Below are positions 21,450 through 35,500 of a stretch of 64,000 bases of DNA, piece by piece. Positions within the stretch are counted from its first letter, which is position 1, and each line of letters starts with the position of its first letter. The position numbers and the translations under genes are program-made. The stretch is from Lama glama (Eukaryota). The notes below the pieces were generated by a model, which searched no databases, was not told the origin of the DNA, and was given only the letters and a program-made list of their open reading frames with translations. The stretch covers positions 55,490,001-55,554,000 of the forward strand of contig CM052821.1 in the NCBI GenBank assembly GCA_028534125.1, in the 5' to 3' direction.

Positions 21450-23511
21450 ATTCTGCCCAAAGTAACTTTATTTCTCTTCTCGAACACATCAGAGTGAATA
21501 TGCCATTTTCTAACCTTGCATCCAACAAGATTAGAAGGGAAATTAAGACACCCCCCAACCCACACCGCCCAGGGACAGGAGACGGCGGGAGGGACAGTCA
21601 GACGCCCACCGACGCCCTCACCTCGGAATCCGGGTGACCAGGAAGAGGGCCTGGGTGTGGCTGCTGCCCCTTTTGCACCGAGCCACGAAGGAAGTTAGAA
21701 CCTAGACTGGTGCCTCTCCGTGATCCTGAGAGCTCACTTTCCAGCCATCGGTTCTGATTTTTCTCTTAAAAAATCAGACTGCAGGCGATGTAGTCGCTGG
21801 GCCAGAGTCCTGGCGTGCAGGGAGGTCTGAAAGGTCTACGGTCCTGTGATGTGTCCTCCGCAACTCTGGGGGATGAGGGGGAAGGGCCCCAACAGTCACA
21901 CGACCCCCAGGAACAGTTCCAAGGTTCACAATGTCCAAGGTCAGCACGTGGTCAGTGATTCTTGCCAAAGCCACCCGGGAGCCACGTGGTGCAACTTGGT
22001 TTCTTGCAGAACGTAAAGTCCTGACCCTCCAGCCTGCATGGCTTTTCTAGAATTGGCAGTGGATTCCAGGGCGGGCCAGTGACCGGCAACATTCACCAGG
22101 ATGAGAAAGATGGAGACTCCCGGGGGGTCCCTCGCGCCCCCGTGCGGAGCAGCGGGCCCGGAGCGTCTCTTTACTCCCCACCCCCACCATCGTCGGCCCC
22201 TCTGACTTTCGTGATCACTCAACATGCTCTATCAAAACCGCTGTTGAAGCTGCCCTCGCATCCGGCCTGGGCGGGACTGAGGGAAGACGTGGGGACTCTC
22301 ACGTGAACTGCAAAGCAGAAATCATTCCCAGCGATTCTGAGAACGCACGGCGTGCGCGGGCGGCCTGCACCACCGCCTGGCCCCGCCTGTCGCCTGGCCC
22401 CGCGCCACCGCCGGTCTCCGCCGCAGCCTCTCACGAAGCTTCCAGTGAAGGGCTTCAGGAGTTCACCCTTCCACGCACACGGGGAGCACAGACCAAACGA
22501 GGCCCGGCGGGAGCGCCCCGCCCCCGAGCGGGAAACAAATCGAAACATCGACAGTCAGGACCCCGCAGGCAGCCTTCCGGCTTAAAGGACAAAACTTGCA
22601 ATAAATACAGAGAAGTAAGTGTGAAGATGAGAAAAGAACAAACCTGGCCCACGGACACAGCCTCGGGGCTGCACCGAAGTCAGCCCGGAGGGTGGGGCCC
22701 TCGCCCCAGGGGTGGGCCCTCGGCGTGAAGCTCACCCACCTCGCAGCTGCCCTCTGCCGTCCACCCTGCGCCTCCAGGGAGCACAGGTTTTCTATATTTA
22801 AAGCAGTAAGACACGTGTGAGGGCTTTACAAGCTGCCAGTCCCAGAGCTCCTGCCTTGGTCCTGCTCCCAGCTGGACTGTCTCAGAAACAGCCCTAGGAT
22901 GAAAGCCAGAACCGAGGGCGTAAAGACACAGCGCCGTCACTGTCAGCGCCCTCCTCGCGCTAAATCGGGCTGCTCTGCAAGTGTGACCTGAAGCAGGACT
23001 GTTGCAGGGACAGGGAGGGCCCGGTAACGACGCCTGGCCACGAGCCAGGACGCAGGCAAAGACCACCAACTGCTCTCCAGGCCTGGCTCACGGCTACCAG
23101 AACGAGCCGGCGAATCCCACCTGCGGCCCTGCAGACGCCGCAACCCCGATGCAAAGCACTCATGTTGCACCGTCCCTAAGATCACAGCAACGGAGCCACT
23201 GACGGGCCGTGGTCAAATCTGCACTGGTGGCACGGCTGCAATCGCGAAGCTGGCGCCCCACACCCGCCAGTGCTGCCTGCTGACAATACGTTACAGGAGA
23301 CGCAACCCTGGGATTCACACAGAACTGAAAATGCCAAACGCGGCCCCAAAACTGGTGACAGAAGGTATTTTTTCTAAAATCAAGATTTAACTATCAAAAA
23401 TAAATTTCTAAATTTAAAGGTATATCAGCATAATTGGTCTGCAGTAACCTTCTTAAGTAAGCGTCACGCTTCCCAAGCACAGCAGGAAGGCGAGCGTTGC
23501 GAGGCGGCGTC
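21450..23511 (-). other. CERK: CERK 3' UTR (~2.05 kb)
   Basis: Lies between the stop codon and a minus-strand AATAAA that is followed by a U-rich tract; 3' end approximate. Confidence 0.72.
21467..21472 (-). terminator. CERK polyadenylation signal AATAAA
   Basis: Minus strand reads gagaAATAAAgttactttgggcagaatttggttttttt (signal plus downstream GU/U-rich element). Confidence 0.75.
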
Positions 23512-23569
23512 TCAGCTGCCTGGTTCCTCGATTCCTCGTGCAAAGAGCCGGACCAGCTGGCAGTGGACC
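23512..23569 (-). CDS. CERK: CERK exon 13 coding part: (R)VHCQLVRLFARGIEEPGS*
   Basis: ctctgcag| acceptor, TGA at 23514-23512. Confidence 0.96.
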
Positions 23570-26500
23570 CTGCAGAGACAAAGGGCCGCCCTCACACCCC
23601 GCGCGTCCCCCGGCCCTCGGCCCCACAGCCGGCCCAGGGCGGAGGTGGGCCTCGTTCACCACGGACAGTGGGTCTCACCGCGGCCGTTGGGTCCCACCCG
23701 GCAGTGACAGGTCAGGGGCGCAGAGTGATTCAGCTACGCGCCTGAGAGGCCCATCTTCAAAGGGCAGCTGGTGGCCAAGTGGAAACCCAGAGATCCAGAG
23801 ACCCAGTTCTAATTCCAGCACCACACTTGCCAGCGAGTGACAAAGCCACAGGCCTCCACTGCCCCGACCTCATCAGCACCGACCACACAGGCCCCGGGGA
23901 GGGTCCCACGAAGGGCAGCCCCACGCATGCAGGAGACGCAGGAAACTTTCAGTCATGGAAGACAAGCAGCCCCATGCCGGCCAGAGAGGAGGGCTGGGCT
24001 GAGGTCCCCGGGGACCCCCCTGCCTGCCACACCAGCTCCAGGACGTGACGAGTGAGGGGCTTGGAGGTCAGCGTCGGCTCTTGGGTGCCCTGCTGGCAGG
24101 GCGACCTTCCCACTTCATTAATGATGTCACAGCCTCCTTGGATCTTTAGCAACAAAAACCCCGTAACTGACTCATTCTTCAAGGCACCGTAGTATTTATC
24201 AAGTTAAGATATTTTTCACAAAAGAATGCCTTGCCTAATTTTAAAAAATTCATAAGCCAGTAGGAAAAGTAATTCCATTTCCTTAACTCATAAAATGAGT
24301 CTACAGAAGCCGAATCCCTGCATGTACGACTGGTGTGGTGGGGTTTCCTGCCACCTCACAGCCCCTGGTCCCCAGACATGAGCTGGGCAGCCACTGCCAC
24401 ACTGACCACATCCTGGTCACAAGAACAGGGAGCAGGGGGCGTGGGACTCAGGCCCCTGATGGCTTCGTTTGGACGCTAATGGTAAGAAGACAAAGCTGGG
24501 ACCAGCAGCTGGTCAGCTGAGAAGCCAGAAAGTGGGGACTTATCAACAGGGACACAAGTCATCTTCCACACTGTAACTGGACACGTGGAAGGGGACACCC
24601 ACCACATCACTCATCCTTCCACGTGGCAGGCGGGTGGGCCTCCAGCTGCCCCTCACCTTCCTCATGTGATGCCCGCTCTGCTGTCATCAGGGAGTGTCCA
24701 GCTTGGTCTCCTTCAAGTGGACCAAGATCCTGAAGACATCTGTACTGGGGCAGGATCCTTCTGCAACTTTACCATTCTCCCTAATCTCATCTAATTTTTA
24801 CACACACACCTCAACCAATAGCCTATTGCAAAAAAACAGCTTCCTTCACTGTATCTGTCCACGGGGAAGAAACTTGCTTTGCACTCGTATGGTTGTGTGA
24901 TACGTGTAGTCAGACTACAAATTTCCAAGTCCAAGTGCAATGGGCCCAGCAGGCCCAGGACCAGGGCGTGAGCCTGGTGCCAGGCCCTCAGCAGGGCTGC
25001 AGCCAGGCTCCAGAACCGCCTCCTGGGGTCCAGTGAACCCAGGACTCGGAAGTGCCCACGAAGGCGGCTTGTCTGCTTAATTAGGAGATGGGAGAAAGAA
25101 CGCCAGCGCTGGGGTGCAGGGCATGGAAGAGAAAAACAAAGTAGGGGACTTCTGAACCGGCAAAACCCCCAGTATCTTCCTGAGGCCCCCACGCCACGCG
25201 GCGCCGGGGACGGCGCGGCGGCGGCCTCCGAGCCCCGCTCACCTGACGTCCACGGCGGGGCTGCGCAGGACCTCGCCGTCGCAGTTCCAGGAGCTGCTGG
25301 GCGCGGCGCAGCAGCAGGGCGGCTGGTCGCTGCAGATCTGCCCGAACCGCTTCTTCCCGCGGCCCCGGACGCTGCCGTCCTCGTCCTCCGCCGCCTGGGA
25401 CACAAACTGGAACCTCTTGACGCGGTAAACTTCAACGAAAGTGAAGTCGAACTACCAAGAGACGGCGAGACGGACCGCGTTCCTGGAGGCCGGGGCCAGG
25501 ACCGCCTCCGAGCTGCCGTCCCACAGCTGGAGACGAGGAGTCCCCCAGGCCCGCGTCCCAGACTCTTAAAACCCGGCTCACCCGCAGGGACAGTGGCTTC
25601 TTAAAGAATTCTGTGGGGGGAGGTGTGCAGCTCAAGTGGGAGAGCACGTGTCTGATCAGCACACACAAGGGCCTCGGTCAATCCCCAGTACCTCCTCCAA
25701 AAATAAACAAACAAGGAAACCTAGCTACCTCCTCCCCTAAAAAGACTAAAAATAGAAAAAAAAAAAGAGAATTCTGTGCTTCCCGAGCACTGACTCGTAC
25801 CATTGTTTATCTCCTGAACCACCTCTACTTAAAAAGCCACATAAAAACTCCACCGCGGGGAGGGTGCAGCTCAGCGCAGAGCACGCTTAGCACGCAGAGG
25901 TCCTGGGTTCAACCCCCAGGGCCTCCGTTAAAAAACAACAAAAACCATTATCAGACTAGATCTTAAAAGCAATTCAAGTAAATAAGCCCACAAATCTTGC
26001 TGAGACCAGAGGCTGACCAGCAGCTGCACTTGTCCGGGCACCGTCAGACCCGGGGCCTCCCCTGGGTCACCACAAGGGTGCCGGGGACTAAGGAAAGGTT
26101 TGCTGGAAGGGTCTCCACAGAGCTCCTTTCTGGGAGCCAAGATTTTGTTGTAAGTGACCCGCCAGGGCAACACAAAATTTCACCGCATCGCTTTGCTCTG
26201 TTAATAGCAGGAGAAAGGACAGGAAGACATGTCAACATTCCCACCTCCTAGTTCCTGCGCTCAAGGACTTCACCTTCTTAAATGAGACTTTATAAGAAGT
26301 AGCTACGAAGGAGCGTTTAAAACGGGTGAAATGCAAACAAAAATCTCTCGCCCCGCCCCCTGACCTCACAGTGGCTCCTACGACACAGACGGGGTCACCC
26401 AGGCGGAAGCCGCCTGCCAGCCCGGCCCGCGTTGGGGAAACGCAGCCCTCACCTGGTCGCCCTGGTTGGTGTGCCTGACCAGGAACCTCAGGAAGTTGAA

Positions 26501-29500
26501 CCTGGAGCATTTCCGGATGAGGATGAGGTCAGAAGAACCGTCCCCCAGGTGGGCGGACGGGGAGAGGCCCCTCGGGCACCGGGGACAGGCGCAGGACATG
26601 TTGGTGGCGTTGATGGCCAGGAACTGCCCGCAGACGACCTTCCACTCCTCCACCTCCTCTGAAGCAGAAGGAATTTCAGACACTGCATGGAACCTGAGCT
26701 GGCGGGTGGGGGTCCTGAGCTGACAGGGGCAGGATCACTGCCATGAACGCTCCCCGCAATCAGCCATCAACACAGAGAAAACTGTGTGGCTGCTGGGCCC
26801 TGAGGTCGCTCCCGAAAGTCAGAGCTGTTTCTTGGGTCCTCATCTGGGACTTCTGGACAATGATTTAGAGCAGGGCTCACCAAATCTGGCCCACCACCTG
26901 GTTTTGTGAGGCCTGTGAGCTGAGAACGATTTGCACATTTTTAAATGGTGGTGGAAAAAAGATCAAAAGAAGAAGAGCATTTTGTGACATATGAAAAATG
27001 ACACAAAATACAAATTTCAGCGTCCGTAAGGAGTTGCTGGAGCAGCACCGAGCCCACTCCCTTCCAAGCGGCTAGCGAAGCCTGAAGACTTTACTCGAGC
27101 CCGGAGCAGAACCACTCGCTGACCCCGTTCCAGAACATTCTAGAGACTGGCACCACAATGGTATTTCAGAGGAACCTGGCAGGATGGGCGTGACCACAAT
27201 ATCCGGCAAAGGCCACCGCATGCCCTGCCTGGAGCTAAAGCGGGAGCAGGTACAGAGCTGTGGGGCGGACGGGGCAGGTGGGGGAACCCAGGCTGGATTG
27301 GGGTCCCGGCCAGGCCGCAGGCGGCCCGGGCCTTACCGCCGCTCTCCAAGCCGTACAGCGACCGCTTCTGCTCCTCTTCCAGCTGCTGCCTGCTCTGCCT
27401 GCAAACGAAGCACCTGGGGGACGAGAGCCCTGCCTTCAACGCGGATGCACGCCTGAGTGTTCCAGTTCTCTTCACGCGACAGAAAGTTCAAAAAGCTTTC
27501 CTTAAAAATACTTTGCTCGCATGTTGGGTTTCTAAAATTAGATCCACTTTAAAAAACTGCAGACATCAGGCCTTCCTCTGACATTTATAAACACTGCAAA
27601 GAGCAGAACATCTGTACGTCCATCTAGTCACAGTCCACAATGCCAAGTCCGCAGAGATGTGCGGAGGGGCTCCCACTGGCTGGCCCGCTCCCCTCACTCA
27701 GCCCCCAGGGGCTCAGGGTCTGGACTGGCCCCTCCTGACCGCAGGGTGGGCCCCCCAGCTGGTGGGGGCACAGGAGGCCCGTGTAGTCAGTCCCATGGCC
27801 GCCCGTAGCAGGACCCCGACCTCTGGACACGCTGAACCAGCACCCCCCCCACCAGTCTACACTGCAAGGACTGTGCACCCACTTCACAGCAGGAGCCCGA
27901 AGCCAGGTGGGCTCATATCGCATCATCTGACAAAAACACACAAGGGAGGTGCTTACCCTGCCCGGCAGGGCTTCCCGTCCCGCGGAGAGCCCACTGTGTG
28001 CTGCGCCGGGAGGAAAGACACCGTCCCTTCGTAGCAGTGATGGGAGAGGAAGGTCTTCAAACCTAAGAACAGAGCGAGATGGAGAAACACATCCACACAC
28101 GTCACTTCTCAGGGAGGAGGCCTCACCGTCGGCTGCTGCAGGGCAGGGGGCATGGGTGACCCGAGACACCTGGTGACAGGGCGTCCGCAGGAGGCAGGGC
28201 CCGCCCGCTTGTCTCAGCTGCTGCCACCACCCCGGGGACTGCAGGCTCCCGGCCACCATGCTGCCTTCCACGCCGGCAAAGGGGACATCTCTGCCACCAG
28301 CGACCCCTTGTGGCCTCGACGACGTGGCACCACTGAGACTCCTGGCTTTCCTAAGTTCTTCATCATTCCGTTCCCAAGATTCAGGTTTTAATAAATATGT
28401 AGCTTTGCACTTCTTACGTTTTAATTTTAAAACCATGCTAGTTTTATTAAGTGGACATTTTTAATGGATAAAGTTCACCAAGGTACCATTCCTTTCTCTC
28501 CCAAAGGGTTTAGATTTTAATGTTCGGAATTATTCAACTTAACACAGGCAGACCTGGCTTTGGGGTGCTTCGCAGAGACAGCATTTTTTCTTAAAACAAG
28601 TTGAACGTTTGCGGCAACCCTGCGCCACTCTCCCCACANNNNNNNNNNNNNNNNNNNNNNNNNNNNNNNNNNNNNNNNNNNNNNNNNNNNNNNNNNNNNN
28701 NNNNNNNNNNNNNNNNNNNNNNNNNNNNNNNNNNNNNNNNNNNNNNNNNNNNNNNNNNNNNNNNNNNNNGGGCGTGACTAACCGTGCTTGTGTAAGACGG
28801 TAAACTTAATTGATAGACATCCCGTGCTCTGACTCCCCCGACTGCCGCTCCCCAGTCCCGCCCTCTCCTCGGGCCTCCCTAGTCCCTGAGACACAACAAT
28901 ATTGAAAGTAGGCCAATTAACAACCCCCAATGGCTCCTAAGCATTCAAGTGAGAGTCCCGCGTCTCTCATTTTAAATCAAAATCTAGAAATGACTAAGCT
29001 TCGTGAGGCAGGCAGGCCGGAAGACAGAAGAGGCTGAAAGCCGGGCCTCCTGTGCCAGAGTCATCCAGGCTGTGGACGCAAAGGAAAAGCTCCTGAGGGA
29101 AACTGAACGTGCTGCCCCAGCGAACACACGATGAGAAACGATAAGAGAGCGGAACAGCCTAATCGCTGACACGGAGAAAGTCTGAGTGGTCTGGACAGGA
29201 GATCAAAGCAGCCCAACATCCCCCTAAGCCAAAGCCGAACCCGGGTGAGGCCCGAACTCCCTACAACTGTGTACAGGCTGAGAGGTGAGGCCACTGCGGA
29301 GGGAAAATGTGAAGCCGGCAGAGGTGGGATCACGAGGGTTCGGGGAAGAAGTCTCACAACTCAGCGCAGGAGCAGCAGGTTCTCCACAGGATGCAGCGCA
29401 GACCCCTCGTGAAGGCGGCCGCGCTCAGCTTCGCATTTTCAACGCAGACAAAACGGCCTCGTATTGGAAGATGCCGCCGAGGACTTTGATAGCCGTAGAG

Positions 29501-32500
29501 AAGTCAGCACCTGGCTTCGAAGCTTCGAGGGACAGGCCGGCTCTCTCGTGAGGGGCTCACGCAGCTGGCGGCTTTCAGCTGAAGCCAGTGCTCGTCGCCC
29601 ATTCCGCAATCCCTAGGCCCTTACGGTTCACGCCAGACCCACTCTGCCTGCGCTCTAGAAAAGCACCGTCAAAGCCCGCTTGTAACTACTTGTTAGCAAC
29701 ACGGTTTACTGAGTATCTGAAGCCCACTGTTGAGACCTACTGCTCAGTAAAAAAGATTCCTGTCAGATACGGCTGCTCGCTGGCAGCGCCTGGTCACCCA
29801 GGAGCTGATGGGCACGGCCAGTGAGATCCGTGTTCTCGCGCCTGCAACACGACAGCCGTTCCACGGTGACGTCAACTTTCGAGTCTTATTCTTTCAGAAA
29901 TACCTTTCGTGAGGTGGTGGCTGCCACGGACAGTGGCTTCTTTGATGGATCTGAGCAACGTCCACTGAGAACTTTCTGGAAAGGGCTCACCATTCCAGAT
30001 GCGGCTAAAAACACTCGTGATTCACGGAAAAGGTAAAAATACCAACATTCACAGGAAGTTTGGAAGAAGTTGGTCCCCACCCGCACGGACGACTCTGAGG
30101 GGCTTAAGACGTCGGTGGAGGAAGTGACTGCAGACGTGGCGGAAACGGCAGGAGAGCAGAACTAGACGTGGAGCCGGAGACGAGACTGAGCCGCCGCAGC
30201 CTCGGGAGGAGACGCGAACGGAGGAGGAGCTGCTGCTGACGGGTAAGGAAAGAGGGCGGCTTCTAGAGGTGGATTCTATCCCTGGTGAAGACGCCGGGAA
30301 GACTGTTGAAATGACGGAGAACCGTGCGTAAACTTAGCAGAGGAAGCAGCAGCCGGGTCCGAGAGGACTGACTCCAAATTTGAAAGAAGTTCCACTGAGG
30401 GTAACGTGCTGTCAAACAGCACTGCCTGCAACGGAGAAACTGCTCACGGAAGCTACTCGAGGTGGCAAACTTCACTGCTGTCTTATTTTAAGACGTTGCC
30501 ACCGCCTCGCCAGCCTTCAGAACCTGCACCCTGACCGGCCAGCGGCCTCCCCAGCGGGGCCAGACCCGCCAGCAGCGAAGATGGCCGCTTCCTGAAGGCT
30601 CGGGTGGTGGCCAGCATTTTTAAACCAAGCTGGGCACCGTTTTTACACATAATGCTATGCACGCTTACTACACGACAGCATAGTGTGAATGTTGCTTTAT
30701 TTTGCTAATTGCTTTCTTGAGGAGCTCTGGAACGGAACCCGAAGTATCTCCCCAGTGTGTCTAATACATTTACCCAAGAGTAAACCACAGAGGGCAGCGA
30801 CCAGGTAAATGACACTCATTAAACACAGCTAAGGAGTTCACCTGAGCAACAAGTGTCAAACTTTGAACCCTACACCCTTTCAAACTTCTTTTTTGCACTT
30901 AAGTGCTGAAAGAGTGACGCTGGACGTGACCTGAAACGTGCAGCCTGTCGCTTTTGTGTACCATCTGGATCGACTTCCATTTCTTCTTCGCTGCAGGTCT
31001 GGTCACACATGAGAGATGTCTGTGACCGAGGGTGGTGGTGGTCAGGGCGGCCGGCCCTGCCCCGTCGGCACCCAGGGACCCGTCGGCCCCACACGGCTTT
31101 GGTTCCCGTCCGTGAGCGGGGCCCAATCGCGAGCAGAGAGAGCACGGAAGCCCCCGGCCCGCACTTCTGAGTTACCTGAGAAGTCGTATCTGACGAGCCC
31201 CATCCAGCGCTTCCTCTCGCTGTCCCTGATGATGTCCCCGTAGAAGCCGTACCCCAGCAAGGACACCGAGTACCGCAGCAGCGCGCCGTCGTGGTGCACG
31301 GAGGAGACGTCCATGGCCAGCGAGTCCCCTGCGGGAGAGAGGCCTCGGGCTGGAAACCGCACCCCTCCACCCTCCTGCCGGCACGGAGGCAGTTACTTTA
31401 AACTGAAGTGTGAACTACGCAGAGGGCAGTCCCGGCAACTGTCTGTTCTCCTGGGGCGCCGGGGCTCCTGCTCGACTGAAATTCCCAGGACAGGCTTGGA
31501 AGAGCTGTTCTGTTGAGGCCGGAAAAACAACGTGTCTGTGACGTTTGCTAAACGCCACTAACTGCAAGGAAGGTGGACTTGACGATGAAGAAGAGGCACG
31601 TGGCATCTGACATGCAGCCTTGCCGGGAGTGTAGGTGACAGGTGAGCAGCACCGCCATCAGGGACGAGGGACGGGAGGGGAGCCACACGTCTGTCCCACA
31701 GGCACCTGGACAGCTCTGAGCAGTGTGGCCCGCAGCGTAATAGAGGGGCAGCGAGGGAGGGGTCTGGCTAGGAAGGCCCGAGTGGGGAGGAGGGCAGAGT
31801 GCAGGGGTCCTCCCCAGCACAGGGGACATCTGGCCAGTGCACGGGGACGCCGAGGACAGCTGGCCTGGGTGGGGGGTGCTGGCACCCCCGGACCCAGGGA
31901 TGGGGCTCCGGAGGGCTCTGAGCAGCGCCTGTATTTCTGGAGGACCCACTGCTGGCTGTGGGAGGACGGGATGAGATGGGAGGCAGCAGCGAAGTGCTCA
32001 GAGTCCTGCTGGAGACGGCCGCCCGCGTGTCCCCGGGCTGAGCGAGCCGGCGGCGGGGCTGAGAGGCGCGTACCCACGATGATGTGCAGGGCGGACGTTT
32101 CCGCGTCGTTCGTGCCGACGGTGGAGTAGCACACACAGTCCGTCGACCCTACAGAGGGGGAGAGGGTCCTGAGCACTGCTGAGTCGCTAAGGCGGTAGCC
32201 TGTTTCCAGTTCAGTGAGGAGGGGGGGCTCTGCTGTCTCGTCCACGGCCCGGAGTGAGAAGGAACAAATACAGTTTGCTACAGAAGTAACCGCCGAGACC
32301 GACCCCGCGGAGACGGCAGCTGGCTCCGCGCACAGCTTCGGGAGACGGGGCCCACGCTCGGGGAGCGGAGCTGCGGGCACACAGCTCGGCGCTCCGCACG
32401 GCGGCCCCACTCCCGGCCGCGACACGGGGCCCAGACCACAAGACCGAAGGGACTCCGCACAGAGACGCGGCCGGGTGGGGAAGCGCACACAGCAAGGACA

Positions 32501-35500
32501 CCCGTGGGGAGCCTGCCGTGTGCTGGTGGGAGCCACTGCTGGGCACTGGGGCGCGGCGGCCGCCAGCCGCCAGTCGTGAGGGGCCGGCAGGGCCCTCCCT
32601 GAACCCCATGGGCTGGGCCCGGGGCTCAGCCTCCTCCTGCCCGCACCCTCATCTGTAATGCAGGGGTGACCCCAGAGCGCCCAGCTGGTGCTGGGACCCC
32701 CAGACGGGCTGGGCCTCCCTAGGCCTGTCCTGTTCTAACTGGGTCGGCGCCAGGTCCCCACCTGAGGGGCAGACTCTCCCAGGCGCTTATTCACAGCAGA
32801 CCCCTGCGTCCGGCCCGGCCCAGACATTCCGACTCCGGAGGCCTGGGACGGGGCCAAGCAACGGAACTGCAGCACGCCTGCCGAACAGCTGAACACCTCA
32901 GTCTAGGTGTCCCACGAATAAACTGTATGACAGCGCCCAGAACTGCACAGCAAGCGTCCAGCGCACGAGCAGCGCGGCCCGAGATCCCCCAGGAAACCCC
33001 ACGGCATCAACAGGTGAGGCTGCGCGGCCGCAGGCCCCACAACCTTCCACAAGTCCCTCGTCCTAGTGACGTCCGAAAGCCTCTGGTTCTAAACAGACTG
33101 ATGCACGTCTGGGCAAGTGAGGGGTGGAGAGGGCCCCGGGTCCCCAGAGGTGGCAGAGGGGAGAGAGTTGGGCCGCGAGTCCGAGGCCCCCGGCCCTGCC
33201 GTCTGCCAGCTCGGGCCCTGCAGCGGGCTTTGCTCTGAGCTGGTTTTCATCAGAGCCGAGGGCACGGCACCCCCGCGGCAGGCAGGGGCTCAGACGAAGC
33301 ACGTGGGCCCGAGGCAGGAGACACAAAGCATGGTGTCTTCCCAGAGACTTGCTAACACTACTGAGTTGACACCCAGTGGCCAGAGAGGTGAATTTATAAA
33401 ACATCAGAATCGACTCTGAGCATCTGAAGTGGTGCCTTCAGGACGTGGGTTCAACCCATTTCGGTCTCCAGTCACGCTCTGTCCAGAGGCACCACAGTCA
33501 CCCCGAGGCCATCTAACACCGTCTATACCCCACAATCCTAACCTGCCGCCGACTGCTCCTCCTGGTGCCAGGGACCCCCTTCCACCCACTGGCTTCAGGG
33601 CCCCCGAGCCACACCTCCGGGGTCTCCACTGGGACTCTCGGCCCCCACACTGATTCCTCGCCTTGACCCCACGGGCTGTCAAGGCCAAGGTCACTGGGCC
33701 GCCCTTGAGGCCCCTCCCCCTCACACCCCCATCAGATTCGCCAGAAAGTCCTGTTGACGCTGCCTCTGAAACCATGCCTGAGCCACAGCCAGCCACACGC
33801 CCAGCGTCCACACCACAGCATGCCCCCAAGACTTGGGCAGCACCCCCACCCCCAGCTGCTCTAGAGCAGACAGCAGGGGTGGCCTTCCAGGGCAGTCAGA
33901 CGTCCCCTCTGCCGACCAGCCTCTGAGACCTCCCCCCGCTGTGGCTCGTCCATGACCCTCGAGACTCCAGCCTGACCCAGGGCTTCCCTCCCGCCCCTCC
34001 AGCCCCCGCCCTGAGCTCACAGCTGGCGCGATGGCTGCCCTCTGCCCCAGCTGACCCTAGGCCCGGCCTCACTCTGCCTGGGCCCTCACCCATTACCTCT
34101 CAGAGGGGCCCTGGACTCCGTATTGGAAGAGGACCCTCCCGGCCCCTCACCCAAACCCACCTCCAGTGGCGTCTTTCCAGCAGCACGGCCACTATCGGAG
34201 ATCCCTTCATGCCATGCGGGTCTGTGTGTCTGCTGAGCCTCAAGGCCCAGAACACACAAAGAACGAGTCCGTCCACCCCAGGGCACGGAGAAGAGGGCGT
34301 CTGCCCGCAAGCACCCCCAGCGTGGGGTCTGCGTGAGCTCTCGCGGTCTTTAACCACTTTAACAGCTTAGGGTTTTAGGTATCAGTGCTACGTGGGCAAA
34401 TGGTAATAAGAGGCATAAAGGAAACACAGATTAGAACGTAGAAAAACTTCACGTAGCCCAGAAGCCCCACGTACAAGCTTCACAAACGGCAAAACCCTGA
34501 CTCAGAGGAAAAGCTGGGAAGCACGACCCGCTTAGGGGACCATCCTCAGCCACACAGACGACACCCGGTCGGCCAAGTGGAGACAGACTTCCCGACGGGG
34601 GAGCAGCGCAGCCTCTGAGCCCCACTGCCCACGCCCTTGTGGGCAAACCTGCAGCCTCGCCCCAGCGCCCCGGAGCTTCACCCAGATGACGGGGCAGAAG
34701 CACCATTCACAGCTGTCAGGACTCGGATGTTTGCCCGAGCGGCACCCACCAGGGTTCCTGCAGCTGCGGCCCTGACCTGGGGACACGGAAGGCACCCCCT
34801 CCTGCTGAGTTGTTTGCAAAGCCCCAGCCTCACCCTCTACCTGGCTTAACACTGTGATTCTTCAAAGAACTAGGTGCTGCCCGGAGACACACGAAACACG
34901 CCGAGCCAGCCGCCCCCTCGGACACGGCCAGCCCCCCGCCTCACTTACACCCTAGGCCCTCCTGCCCCAACCCCAGCTCCAGGTACAGTCAGTCCCAGGA
35001 CGCCACCTGCTCCCCGGGCCCCCTTCTCCTCTGTGACAATTTACTGCCCCCACCACCACAAACGGCTGGTTCCTGGAGAGCAGGGACCGAGCCCCAGGGG
35101 CTGGCCTGAGCGGCTGGTGGGGCGCAGGCGTTCAGGGAGGACCGGCTCCTTCCCACAGGCAGCTGGGGTCCTCTAACTGGTCCGGAACCGGCCCTCAATG
35201 GAGTCTGCGACAGGTGTGCGGTGAGACACGTACACTTGAAAGGGATGACCCTGAAGGGCTAGCGGAGAATAGCCCCCCGAGCCCGCCCCTCCTCGGGCCG
35301 CCCAGCAAGCGCCCGCCTGTGCCTCCGCACCTGCGGGGATGATGCCGATCCTCAGCGGGCTGGGCGCCAGCGCCGCGCGGGGCTGGTTCTGGTCCACGCC
35401 GGCGTCCCGCTGCGTCCTGCCCACCAGGCCGTGCAGGACCTCGCTGAACATGCCGTCGCCGCCCACACAGACGATGCTGCGGAGGAACACTGGGTCAGGC

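Noticed and set aside
28930-30310. Possible domesticated Tigger transposase (TIGD-like gene)
   Set aside because: Multiple stops and frameshifts; only fragments under 90 aa stay open
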